From: the human T2T-CHM13v2.0 reference genome, Homo sapiens
Strand: one strand, 5' to 3'
DNA: 64,000 nucleotides
Assembly (NCBI RefSeq): GCF_009914755.1
Contig: NC_060929.1
Part shown: positions 15,465-30,663 of the stretch, in pieces
Layout: the number at the start of each line of letters is the position of its first letter
Numbering within the stretch: position 1 is the stretch's first letter
Position numbers and translations under genes: made by a program
Notes under the pieces: model-generated
Told to the model about the DNA's origin: nothing
Databases searched by the model: none
Seen by the model: the letters and a program-made list of their open reading frames with translations, nothing else

Positions 15465-15594
15465 GAAATCAATGCAATGAAATAGGCTAATGTAACACAG
15501 AAAACATCACAAATGAATGAAAGATAACTATTTAAAAGTAGCATTTGTTACATGGATAATTTGTAATAGAAGTTTTACATTAAGCCTTATCCAG

Positions 15595-15951
15595 TATGTT
15601 AGTCAGTTGTCAGTTCAGGCTTCAATAACAACTACCATACACTACATGGCTCTAAGCTGCAAACATTTATTTCTCACAATTCTGGAGGCTGGGAAGTCCA
15701 AGAATAAGTGCCAGGCTCACTCAGTTCTTGGCAAGGGCCATCCTCCTAATTTTCAGAAGGAGGCCTTCTTGCTGTATACTCACATGACACAGAGAGAAAT
15801 CATCTTCTTCCTAAAGGAATTCTAATCCCATCATGAGCACTCCTCATGACCTAATAATCTTTCAAAGCTCCCACCTCCAAACACCATCACACTGGGGATT
15901 AGGGCTTCAACATATAAATTTTGGGAAGACACAAACATTCAGTCCATAGCA
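15595..15951 (-). mobile_element. MaLR solo LTR (MLT1A-like)
   Basis: atttatttctcacaattctggaggctgggaagtccaag and terminus acaaacattcagtccatagca. Confidence 0.82.
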
Positions 15952-16037
15952 CAACACTCAGCATCAAACAAGTACATAAGTGCATAAATGAACACTATTC
16001 AAAAAGTTAAACGTAGCCAACGAAATTACAACTATTA

Positions 16038-16396
<359 letters not shown>

Positions 16397-16799
16397 CTAA
16401 ACAGAACATTAACAAACTCCCACTAGCCTTCAAAAAATGAAAAGAAAAATCCGTGGATGCTTGTTGGATATGACAACCTATGAAGGAAATATAACTAAAA
16501 CCAATATCACCAAAGTTAACATATATACACTAGGAAAAACTGTGCAAGAAAATACAAAGAACAAATAGTTAAAACACAAACATTCTTGATTGCCATCACC
16601 TAGAGAAAAATTTATGGGGTTTGTCAATTCTGAGAAGAGGAATCAAAGATGTTCAACACAACAGTATTCAAAGTATGATTTATAAAAACAAAATATTTCT
16701 TTTATAACTGGGACATTTGAAAATAATTTATAATTTTAAAATAAGATACATCCTAAAGAAGGTGTAGGGTAAACATTGCAGTATTAATAGTGTATGTAG

Positions 16800-17030
16800 T
16801 AGCCCACATTTATTAAGCATCCAATATGTGATTTGTGTTTTTCTAAGACTTGAGTTATATGTATTAGCAATTTATCTTCAAAACATCCTTATGAAGTAGG
16901 CACTATTAGTATTCTCACTTTGAGGCACATAAAAATTCAAAACTTGTTTTTATAATTAGTGCAGTGGAAAAACCTAGGTTCATCATCAAGCTGTCCGGTT
17001 CTAGAGGACACGAGACTCTTAAACACAGGG
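16800..17030 (-). mobile_element. MIR, degraded
   Basis: catttattaagcat...ccttatgaagtaggcactatt...tgaggcaca...ctcttaa follows the MIR reverse complement. Confidence 0.55.
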
Positions 17031-17318
17031 CAGTGCTTGCAAGGTATAACAATAATATTTACCACTTATGAACACTACATATTTGCTAGGGATTATGGTA
17101 ACCATTTATATGTGGTATTTCAAGTAATCTCTAGAGGAAAGTTTATTTTCTTCTTAGACTAAGACAGAAACCAAAACCCAAATATTTTAAGTAAATATCC
17201 AAAGCAGAAAGAGCTGCTAAACATAGCAACTGTCTGTGAAATAGCAAAACCTTGCACACTCATGCCCTTTACATTTTGGGATTTTTTTTCAATATTTCAC
17301 TAAAGCAAAATGAGGGTA

Positions 17319-17653
17319 CAGTAGCCCCTTCATGTCTGTGGGTTCTGTATCCCTGGATTCAACCAATGGCAGATCAAAAATATTTGAATAAAGAAACAAT
17401 TTTAAAAAAACAATAAAAATAATACAAATAAAATATGATAAAACAAATATTTACAAAATATTTACATTGTATTAGGTATTATAAGTAGCCTAGGGGTGAT
17501 GTATATATGATGTGCGGAGTTGTATATAGGAGGATGTGCAGAGGTTGTACACAAATATTACATCTTTCTGTATAAAGGACTTGAGCATCCTTGGATTTTG
17601 GTATTGGTGGGAAGTCCTGGAACAAATACCCCATGAATACTGAGGAACTACTG
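17319..17653 (-). mobile_element. MER2 (Tigger-family MITE)
   Basis: Ends ta|cagtag and ctactg|ta (TIR plus TA duplication); internal ggacttgagcatccttggattttggtat. Confidence 0.85.
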
Positions 17654-20010
17654 TATGTCTAACTGAAAAAAAAAGTTTTTAAGATTATGTTATTTCATTT
17701 GTATGAAACTCTACTAAAAATGGTAAGAAATGGAAACAAAATGTTATGTTCATGAATGTACTTGGCAACCATGATTGTGAAAAAAATAAAATAATTCAAA
17801 TGTCTAACCATAGAGAAATACCAAATTCACATACTGACTGAAGCATAGCTACTGGAAATCAGGTGTTCAAAGAGGATATAATGATATATATATTTATTCA
17901 TTTTCTCTATATAAGTGTGCTCAGAGACAATGATTGAGGGAAGAATACAAGAACTATTAGCAGTGGTTAATGTAATATTTTGCCATGTAATATAATTTTT
18001 TCTTTGAGATTTCTCGATTTTTTTTGAAGTTTTCTGGTCTCAACTAATTTATTTCGCATATGTGAACCAGGGGACAAGAAGAATGAGAATCATAATAGGA
18101 GTATGCCACAAAGGAAAGATAAATAGTTAAATAAGTAATACTTTTTTTGAAAAAGGTTTATTTTCTATCCTACAATGGACATCTCAAGACAATTGGGTAG
18201 TCCACTGAGTCTCTAAATTAGAACACAGTTGGATGTTTCTGACAATGTTCAGATTTTGTTTTCATCTTCCGAGATGCTGAGATTCACTAGGGAAACCTAG
18301 CATTCCAAATGTGTTAGAAAATACATAATGTGTCAACACATTGTGACATGGGAGTGATACTAGTAAAAGCTGTTTGAGTCTATTAATAACACAAAACCAG
18401 TTCATTCTAATAGCAGAAAAATATGAGTAAATTTCAGGTTTCCTTCCTTCTCTCTTTCTTTTTTTCTTATTTGCTTTTGTAGTATTACTTTATAAATTAA
18501 GAAAAACGATGTAATTTTCTAAAAGTTGTAGGAGGCTTTGTGTGGAAATTTCTGCTCCCTTTGAAGCTCGTTATTCAGCATTATATACCGAACTATTTTA
18601 GCCATGCATTGTTTTTTACTCATTTACTCATTTGCTTTTTTTTCTGTCTCCCTTGCATCATCTGTGATGCTCACATTCAGATGGCAAATGAAAGAATACT
18701 TTGCAAAGTTCATGAATTGGCACAACTTTGGTTCATAAAAGTTATTTTCTGACTAATTTGCTGTTTTTCATTACACCTTTTCTGAAAGTGACAGAGAAAA
18801 GAGAGAACAGGATCAATAATAGATAAGTGAATATGACCTTACCAACATGTGTCCTCAATTGGAAAATGTTCACAGGTGTAATGAATCAGTCAGCATCTTA
18901 CTTCATTCATAGGTGAAATGATTGACCTGTCTCTCCCAACTTCACCTCCATTACCTTTGAGGACAAGGGGCACTGAAGATGTGCTTAATGATTATTGGCT
19001 GCAGTATGTTAGTTGTTACTAGCCATGTTTATTGTTTGTTATTGCTTATGCCTAAATCACCTTTAGTAATAAAAAAATTGTTTAGAAACATCAAATATAT
19101 CTATTTTTTCCTACTGACAGAACTCTGAAGGTTCTAATTTTGGCTAACATATCGAATCACTTCCATTTTGTCAATAGACATTTTGGAGAGATGACATTGA
19201 AACCTATCTGGATGTACACTGATTATTGCAGTTTCTACAGAATTATGTGTAACTAATGAGATGTATGACAAGGTGACCCAGTGATAGTGATGATAGTGAT
19301 AACAAAGGGACTAGAAATCCCAGCACAGTTGTCACCTCAATTTAGTGAGAAAAAAGAAAGCTCTGAAGGATTTTTTTCTTCCTTGAGTAGCTTGTTTTCT
19401 TAGTTTGCTCCTTCATTATTATTATAAATTGAAATTAATTTATTTCCTCAGTTTAATCCTTAATACGCTAAGATATGTCAAATGTGTCCAATTGCATTGA
19501 ACAATTTGAATACATTCTATTTTAATCTTATTGACTATATTGATCTCATTCTACTCCTCAAACAACGCAGCCAAAAATATGCAATCCATTTCAGCAAATG
19601 AAACCTCTGGGTGAAGGTTAATTACAAGGCTTCTAAATGAAACAACTGAAAAGAGACAATGATCAATTGAAAATAGACCCTAATAGAGTATGTATGTGCA
19701 TTTTTCCTTTCACCATAAGGGTTGGAATTATAAGCCACAGATGCCAGTTCCCAGTTACTCATGCCAGCTGGGGGTACATTTGCCCCCACTCTTTCCCATT
19801 GGATTTGAAAACTGCTCAATTATCCTTGTATTCCAAGGTCTGTGCTTGCAGCAGGGCTCTGAGATCTAAATTCTTTCACAGATACGGAGATGGGTTCAGT
19901 TTACGTGTCTAAAGAGATAATGTTTTAAATGCTCATACGTATTTGACTTTCACATAGTAAGAAAAAGAAACATTTACATCTATCAAGTTAAAAAGAATGC
20001 AGTAAGTCTG

Positions 20011-20030
20011 GTGTGTGTGTGTGTGTGTGT
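20011..20030. repeat. (GT)n microsatellite
   Basis: About 10 GT units. Confidence 0.9.
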
Positions 20031-21051
20031 TATAGGAAAGGTTGGGGAGAGAGGAGCAAACTGGCACTTTTTCAGGGACAATCTAGCTATTTGCTATTCC
20101 ACAGTTGCTTCTGGAGTCTGCGGTGGCAGCTGGTAGTGCTTCTCTGATGGCCATGCTTCCAGGAAACAGCAGAACTAAGACAACCTAAAACAATAAACGC
20201 AATGCTATTAACAAATTACTGCCCCTTCCCCCTTTCTACCGATTTCTTTCCAGAAAACATCTGTCTTCTTGGTCTCCTTTCTGCATGCATAAATTCACCT
20301 CTAAAGTTCACAGCTTCTTGAGCATTTTTCTATTCTCTATTTAAAAAATGTGTTTTTTCTCACAATCATCTGACAACCTTTCAGTAGCAGAGGTTGTCTG
20401 TACTATTTAGTTTTACTTTCTCTATCAAGAATACTGTTTACATACTAGGCAACGACCAATGAGATCAAAAATTATTAGGGGCAATAATATAAGATAATCT
20501 TATTAGAGAAATTTTGCTTTAATAATCTCTCCCACTTCCTAGAGCCCATTCTACAACTTCCTAGCTTGTACTGGCATAATTTATTTTATTTTAGTTTCAT
20601 AATATTACTATTTTTTTCTTTTCTGTGCACTTTTTCTATTACAAGAATCACGACTTCCACTTGTTTTCCACACATCCATTATTTACAATTAACTAATTTC
20701 AAGACTGATGGATCACCACTGCCTTCCCCTCTCCTTTTGTCCTTTCTTTTGAAATCAGTATCGTTAATTCAAATATATTTTTATTAAGAGTTTTCTTCAA
20801 ATAGATACATAAAGATGTATCCTTTTAATGTTTGTTGTTGCTCAAAAATGCCTTTCTTTTGCCTAACATATGTTTGGTATTTTGCTTGGAGATGTGATAT
20901 TTGAATTGCAGTCTCAACTTCTCAATAGTCTGTAGATGTTCTTCCACTGTCTTCCACTCTTCCACTTCCATTATTGCAGAGGCGAGGTCCAGTGTTTTGT
21001 TTTGTTTTTAATTCTTGTTCCTGTATAGTCAGTTGCTATTGCATGGATATC

Positions 21052-21362
21052 TTTTTTTTTTTTTTTTTTTTTTGAGATGGAGTTTCGCTCTGTCACCCAG
21101 GCTGGAGTGCAGTGGTGCAATCTCGGCTCACTGCAGCCTCCGCCTCCCGGGTTCAAGCAATTCTCTGCCTCAGCCTCCCAAGTAGCTGGGATCACAAGCA
21201 ACTGCCACCACGCCCGACTAATTTTTTTTTTTTTTTGTATTTTTAGTGGAGGCGGGGTTTCACCATCTTGGCCAGGCTGATCTTGAACTCCTGACCTCGT
21301 GATCCACCTGCCTTGGCCTCCCAAAATGCTGGGATTACAGATGTGAGCCACCGCACCTGTCC
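21052..21362 (-). mobile_element. Alu (AluSg/Sc-like)
   Basis: Full dimer, poly-T, expanded middle A-rich linker. Confidence 0.93.
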
Positions 21363-22436
21363 AACTTTTTTTTTTAAATTTAAATTATGGAAGAAAGGAT
21401 TTATGAAGATATTGCCTCTCTTACTCTCTGTACATTTTCCAGTAAAAACTTAATATATAGTAGGTATGAGAAAAATATTCAGGACGTATGAACAAACATT
21501 TGTTGAGTGCATGCTAATACGAAGTACTGTGATAGATTACAGACACCTCTTTCCCTTGCTCCTTAGGTTGGGAGTACAATATGGAATGTACACAGGTAAA
21601 CATTTAATTATGACAAGGCATACTGAATTGGAACTAGTTAGGGATTAGACAAAGTTCTCTCTGTGGAAATAAATAAATGATTTGTTTCAATGGATTTTAC
21701 AGAAGTCATCTGGGCTTTTCAACAAAATAGATTCCTCTCTCCATTGACCTGAATTGCCTTAACTGCCAAATGTCTGGGTCTTTGCTTAGTAAAAGATAGA
21801 CACAGGGTGCAATTCTTCTATTTTGTATCCTTGTTCCCTTTGTCAATTGAACGTCTAGTTGGGCATTTATTGCTGAAGCACACTGAAGGCAATTTCAGCT
21901 GAAGGTGAGCCAATGTTTGTGTAAACTTCCAATACAGATTAAATATTAGGGTTTGTCCCAGCTCACATAAGAAGCTAGAGCTATCAGGTTTAGGGTTGGA
22001 GGGAAGTCAGAAATTCTTTTAGACAGAGGAAAGAACATATGTAAAAGGCTGGAAGCAAGAAAGTCCATGAAAAACAGGTTAAGAAAGAGATTATAAAGTA
22101 CATGGAGCCGTATTACAATATGACCCTGAGTGCAACTGGGTGGCTTTGAATGAAAACAGATTCATGATATGAACTGACCTGAAAAATCAGTGTATGAGGT
22201 TCCCCAGACAGGAGGGATATTGGACTAATCCAATAGATACATGATAAAAAGAGAAAAAATATAATCCTTATTTTCTTGAAATGCTTTTCATTTAAACCAA
22301 AACAATAGCAACCAGGAAACCTGTCTGAAAAACAATCCAATAAACACAATAGAGCTACTTTATTTTTTGGAATAAAGAGGAATACTCTTATATTTTTATA
22401 TATTATTTATATCTCGGCCAGCATAAAACATATTAG

Positions 22437-22745
<309 letters not shown>

Positions 22746-23209
22746 TAAGGTTTGATTGCTTTTTCACTTTTGTATGAATCTATTTTGAAAGCAGTCTCTG
22801 AGTGTGGGAGGTTCCCTGGGACTTGCAATGCATCTGCTGGAGTCACAACTGAGAAGATTGCCTTAAAAAATAAAGTAATCCATGAAAACATTGGCCTGAC
22901 CAAAGTAGACAAAAATCCCTGTCAAGATAGGATAACAACTCTGTTTATTGATCTACTTTACTAAAGTTGGCTAGGAAGAGGGGCGTAATCACAATTCATT
23001 TTGTTTGAGGATTTGTGAAACTTGAAAAAGCTGATATTTTCAGATTATTTTGGAATTATCACTTAATAATTGAAATGTTTATATTCAAATATTTTAAATG
23101 TAAATTAATATTTGACTGTGTAATTTAAAAATATACAGCTGCTCCACAGGGAGCTTTTGGGGTTCTCCTTTCTGCACTGAGATCACTGTCATTAGCTATT
23201 ACAGCACAT

Positions 23210-23652
<443 letters not shown>

Positions 23653-24139
23653 TAAGTTGCAATCTTCTTCAATACATAATTTTTCAACACATAATTTTAG
23701 TGTGCTCTTTCTTAATATGGAATCTTGAAAATAATAGACAGCTGCTACTTTAATGATTGATTGGTTGGCTGGTTGACATATCTCCTAGTTTCAGTTTCAT
23801 CTAACATTTTTTGTTGTTGTTTTACTGGAATCCCATTACATGATTTTCCTTAATTTTAAAAGAATATATGCAGTTTTTTTTTTAATTTTAAAAAGGCAAT
23901 TATTTCAGAATGGCTTAAAAATAATTTCACAGTTCTTTGTCCTCAAAACCACAAAACTCCCTATGGGCAAACATATTCAACAGTTTGTTTTTAATTCTTA
24001 TAGATGTTGTCTTAATCACTCTTGACTTAATTTTAGGCCTTACTTCTGTTTTGACACTTTCTTTTATATAATTAGATAATTAGATAGAAAATTATTTCCA
24101 CAACTTCTCCTTAAATTGTAAAGTTCCACTTTTAGAGTT

Positions 24140-24530
24140 TTGTTTGATTTTTAATTGACAAATAATAATTGTACATATTTATGGGATACCATGAGATGTT
24201 TTAATACATGTATATATTCTAGAATGATAAGATCTTGCAAATTAACATATCCATTATCTCACATGCTTATTATTTCTTTGTAGTTATTAACGTTTAAAAT
24301 CTACTCTTTTAGCAGTTTTGAAATATATAATATATTATTATTAATCATGGTCACCATGTTGTGCAATAGATCACTTGAACATATTTCTCCTGTCTAACTG
24401 AAACTTGGTAAGCTTGGAACAACATCACTTCTTTCCTCTTGCACCCTCCAACACTGCTTTCCCCCTTCCCAACCTCACCCACTCCCTTGTGTCCACAGCC
24501 TTTGATAGCCACCATTGTATTGTCTTCTAT
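24140..24530 (-). mobile_element. L1MA (MA8-10-like) 3' end
   Basis: aattgacaaataataattgtacatatttatggg...aaaatctactcttttagcagttttgaaata...gtgcaatagatcacttgaac. Confidence 0.75.
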
Positions 24531-25403
24531 CAAGATATTAATAATTTATTTTGACTTCAAACTATGTAAGATGAGAATATATGTTGCCCAGATTCTCTTT
24601 ACCTTTCCTTTTCCATCTTTGACCATCACACTTACATGAGCTATATCTTCAATTTTAACATTTTTCTAAACCTTTTTGAACTCCAATCAGAGCTATGCAT
24701 TCTCCCTGTACAGAGAATGCTATCCTCACAATCTGTGCAGGCTCACTCTTAACTTTTATTGAATTGTTTTTATTTGTATTATTCCATGTCCCCAATTCAG
24801 TTATTTTCCTGTAGTAGCCAACCATACTTCTGGGCTATGTAATGCATCTTTTCCCAAAATATGTTTGATTTTTTTCCTTTTAATTGTCTTTGGTTTTGGT
24901 ATTGGTAGTGCTATCCTCCTAAGATTAGCTTGGAAGTGTTCCTTCCTCTTCTATTTTCTCAAAATGTTTGCAGAGAATTTGTAATATTTTTTTCTCTAAA
25001 TGTTTGAAAGGATTCACCAGCAAAGTTATCCATTTAAAACTACACATCTTTTCTTTGTAAGAAAGTGTTTTATTATAAATTCGGTTTTTTAATTGGTATG
25101 GGAGCACTCTGATATACTCTTGCTTAGAGTCAAATTGGATAATTTATGTAGTCAAGGAACTCAACCATTTCTTCTACATTTCAAACTTGCTGGCATTATA
25201 TGGCTACATAACATTCCCTTCTTAAAATATGTGTAGGATTTATGAAGACCTCTTTTATTTCTGATATTTTTAATGGGTATTTCTCTTTTTTTGCCTTTAT
25301 CAGTAAAATCAACAGATTTACTCATTTTATTAGTACTTTTAAACAATTAGCTTACCACATAATTAATTTTATTTATGTTTTGCATTTCATTTCATTTCAT
25401 TTG

Positions 25404-25704
25404 TTTTATTTTTTTGAGACAGAGTCTCGTTTGGTCATTTAGGCTGGAGTGCAGTGGCATGATTCAGGTCACTGCAGACTCCTTCTCCTGGGATCAAGGG
25501 ATCCTCTCACCTCAGCCTCCCAAGTAGCTGAGACTACAGGCACATGCCACCACATCTGGCTAGTTTTTGTATTTTTTTGTAGAGACAGGGTTTCGCCATA
25601 TTGCCCAGGCTGGTCTCAAGCTCCTGGGCTCAAATGATACTCTTTACTCTTACCTCGACCTCTCAAAGTGCTGGGATTACAGGTGTGAGACACTGCACCC
25701 AGCC
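25404..25704 (-). mobile_element. AluJ
   Basis: Diverged dimer with J-type motifs (gatcctctcacctcagcc, ctcctgggctcaa). Confidence 0.88.
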
Positions 25705-26069
25705 TCATTTACTTTTTGTACTTACCTTATTTCCTTTCTTCTACTTATTTTGGGTTTAACTGGATTTTTGATGAATTTTTCTTGTGCATGTCAGTAGTCA
25801 AATAATTCTCTGAGCTTTCGCTTATCACAAGTATTATCAATTAAAAGTTTTTTTGTGATATAAAATTCTAGGTTGATTTTTTGGCTTTTTACACTTTAAA
25901 GATGATATCTCATCTTCTGCCCTTTTGACTTGCTTCTGATGAAAATGAATAGAATACATTATTATTTATGATGAAAATGAAGTTACCATTAATAATGTTG
26001 CCCTATATTGAATGTGGCCTATACATTGGTTGCCTTTTCTTTTTTCTGTGCGGTTGGTTTACCACATGC

Positions 26070-26138
26070 AAACTACTGCTGCCCTAAGCATCAAACTATT
26101 GCTGACCTAAGCATTAAACTATTGCTGACCTAAGCATC
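26070..26138. repeat. Tandem repeat, 3 x 23 bp (AAACTATTGCTGACCTAAGCATY)
   Basis: Units at 26070-26092, 26093-26115 and 26116-26138, head-to-tail with no spacers. Confidence 0.92.
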
Positions 26139-26653
26139 ATTTAAAAAATGTATTTACTCTTATTATTAGCCAAACTTTTGGATACGTAGGTTTGTGTTTT
26201 TCAAAACTTTTTGAAAGTTTTATCTGATGTTTTATTCAAACAGTTTTACGTACAATTATATTTCTGAGAATTCAATTACATTTATCATGTTTGATGTTAA
26301 AAGTGAGAAATTGTTCATTATTTGCAAACATTTCATTTTCTATTAGTCTTTATATTTGATAATTTCTATTACTCTGTCTTCAAGTTTACTTACTTTTTCT
26401 TTTGTAATCTCCAAAATTGTATTACATTAATCTAGTAATTTTTTCATGTTCTACCTTTTAATCTTTAATTTTGAAATTTCATTCATTCGTTCATATAGAT
26501 GATTCTACTGCTTTGCCCAGACTACCTTTCTCTTTAATCATCATCTCAATCATTTTGTTCATATAATCGAACATAGTCACAATAGTTTTCTAAAGTCTTT
26601 GCCAATTCCAACATCTACATTATCTCAGTCAGTTTTTAAAAAATTAATTATCA

Positions 26654-27688
<1,035 letters not shown>

Positions 27689-28681
27689 AAAACATTAATT
27701 ATCACTATTTTCTACTCATTCATATGTCTTATACATTTTATAACAATTATATCTATTACAGCCATTCTTGATGTCATTCTGGAAGGTCTCTGGATTGTTT
27801 TGACAAAGACTTAAATTACTGGTGAGTTATTTTGTCCTGCCAAGCTTGCTTTCATAATTACTTTAAAAATGCTCCTCCTGTTTTGCCCTTATCCTGAGGA
27901 TCTGGCCTTTACTGTACAGAGAGTTGTGTTTATTTCTAAGGGATGGTTTTACTGAGGTGTGAGTGAATTTCTTCTTGGCCAGGATTCACATTTCCCCAGC
28001 ACCCTTTGCCCTTTGGTATCTCTACTGAGCTTGCCACCCCATTATATTCCCTCTGTGTTAGCCTAAGATTTCACCCCATAAAACCACATATTAGTGTTAG
28101 GCAAAAATTATAGAAATGTTCATGTAAACACAGTGTCCACCTCTGTCAATCTTCAGCCTCTCTTTCCTCTTCAGCGTTTGCCTTAAAAATTTCTACCATT
28201 TCGTTGTTCTGAGCTCTGAGCTGTGCCTCTTCACATCAGCAAGAACACTATACTCTGCTTTGCCCCTTCTTCCCTATGACTACTCTGGAAAGTGCTCCTA
28301 AGCAGAAATATGGAGGAGACATGAACTTCAACTTGAATATTTCTTTACTGTCAAAGTTCACATTCCTCTTATCAATTATCTAAAAAACACTTTCTTTAAT
28401 TATTCTGAGCAAGGCTAGCATCAATTACTCCATCTTTGCTAGAAGTGGAATTTGAGCTTCAATTAGATTTTGTTAATATCAAGTTTAAGTATTTGTTTCA
28501 CCTCACACTAATAATGGAAATAGGAGTACAACTGTAAATGGTCCTTCAGATTAAGTGGATTCCTTGTGTGTGTTTTAATTTTAAATATTTGGCCTTAAAA
28601 ATCTGACAATGCTATAAGGTATCCAAAGACATTTCCTGGCCATTTGCTTTACTGTTAGATTTTTCCAAATTTAAAGTATAT

Positions 28682-28805
28682 AGCTGGGCATGGTGGCTCA
28701 TGTCTGTGATCCCAGCACATTAGGAAGCTGAGGCAGGAGGATGGCTTGAGGCCAGGTGTTCCAGACTAGCCTTGGCAGCATAGTGAGACTCCATGCCTAT
28801 AAAAA
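28682..28805 (+). mobile_element. Free left Alu monomer (FLAM-like)
   Basis: Single monomer gctgggcatggtggctcatg...catagtgagactcc, followed by an A-rich tail. Confidence 0.8.
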
Positions 28806-30480
28806 CTATAAATGAAATAACAACAAGTATAAATAAAACAGATGTGTCATATTTTACATACAATACAAATTAAACATATTATGTCTTTCATTGTAATATC
28901 CCTATTTTAATCTACTTCTCTCCATCTCTACTAACACTACCGTAGTTCTCGATGGCTTTACATATGAATTTTCCTTGATTGCAATTTTCTTTTCACCCAA
29001 GTTGCCTTTTCATCTAAGCTAGTTTGTCCGTAAGGTATTCCTCACATTATAGTTGTAGTGACTTTTAAAAGTGTATAAGTATGTCGTGCCCCCATTAGAA
29101 AACATCCAGTAATGACCTATTATTTGTAAGATAACACTCTAAGGCCTAGTCTGGCACTAGAAATTATTATGGAATAATGTTTCTTTATGCCTTCAACTCA
29201 TCTCGCTTCATTCCTCTATTCCCTATTTACTCCCATGCTATGAAATAGGCATAATTGATTACTCAGTGTTTCTTAACACTCCATTCTTTCCTTAAATATT
29301 CATCCCATATTACTTTATCTTACTGGTATTGTATTGCTTTAAATGAGAACTCACGTTTCTTCACTTATTGCATTTTAAGCTATTTGCGGACAAAGATAGA
29401 ACATTAGCATGGTTATTTAGTCAGTAAATTTTCATCCAATGAATGAAATCTATTAAATCTTCACATAAAATTATTTAAGGGTTGTTGGATGCATTCAGAA
29501 GGCAAACTGAGTGAATAAAATGTACATATTTTAAAATATCTTCATTTTTTCAGATCATTAATAGTGTACAAACACCTTTAAAAATTTAAGGGATAAAATG
29601 GGAAGTAATTAACTTTTAAGCATTGAGTGAAATAGTTTAATAAAATAATTAGAAATGAAACTACCAGCATCCTGTTGAACTACATGGAAATACAAAAAAG
29701 TCGGCTTTCATAGTCAAATATAATTCTTAGTGCATCTTATCTTTTAGCTATAGAAAGCATGAGAGAGAGAACATACAGAGAATCTATGAATATTGCTGCT
29801 TAATATTACCGAACTGAGAGAAAGATTGGTGAATTACTAATTTTTACTTGAAGATACACACATTTTGTGATAGAAAATAATAATAAAATTTCAGTTAGAT
29901 ATAAACCATATGTATTACAGTATTTTTACTGAGTGAAGCAGATAATATACCCATGTTAAATGTACTTATAAAATTCTTCTTTAAAATGAGTTTTTTGACA
30001 AATAGACATGAAATATAGATAATTTGGGGTGGCAATTTACAAGTGCTCCTTTCAGAAGGGACACAAGAAATATTGTTCAATTTGAGACCCAGGAAGTATA
30101 GATGCTGATGAAACATATAAAGTGACCTTCAATCAACACTATCTTTGTTTTCCTCCCTGATATTGTCAAAAATGTTGTGAGCAATAAAAGAGAATGATCA
30201 CATAGATAGATAAGAAATAGTAAGGTCTTAAAATAAATAACCATATGCTCTAGTTGCTGAGAAAGGAAGTAGAGTTTCCAGATAGAATGGAGAAAATCTT
30301 TAAGGATGTAGGCCAGGACAGAAAGAAATAAAGAAACAAGTATGAAGATATAAAAGCAAGCTTTTAGGAAGTTTGATAAAAATAACATGTGGCATAATGA
30401 AGAAAGAGAGAAAAATATGCATTATTATATAATGTCAAATTTTCTTTCCAACCTCTCCTCATGCAGTGTAAAGAACAGCA

Positions 30481-30663
30481 GTGGGGTGGGGGGAGGGGGG
30501 AGGGATAGCATTAGGAGATATACCTAATGTAAATGACTAGTTAATGGGTGCAGCACACCAACATGGCACATGTATACATATGTAACAAACCTGCATGTTG
30601 TGCACATGTACCCTAGAACTTAAAGTATAATAAAAATAAATAAATAAATAAATAAAATAAAAT
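30481..30663 (+). mobile_element. Very short 5'-truncated L1PA 3' end
   Basis: G-rich tract, ggatagcattaggagatatacctaatgt, poly(A)/(TAAA) tail; approximate TSD aaagaacagcagt/aaagacagcagt. Confidence 0.92.

Larger units (their letters stand above)
24890..26630 (-). mobile_element. Ancient L1M fragments (ORF2/ORF1 region)
   Basis: Degenerate ORF2 peptide FEKIEEEGTLPS; T-rich antisense L1 composition. Boundaries are approximate. Confidence 0.55.

Noticed and set aside
20971-21351. Alu-derived ORFs (also at 11903, 16126, 22494, 23268, 42729)
   Set aside because: Typical Alu translation artefacts.
26070-26138. 23-bp direct repeats as a CRISPR-like array
   Set aside because: Head-to-tail with no spacers, eukaryotic context and no cas genes.
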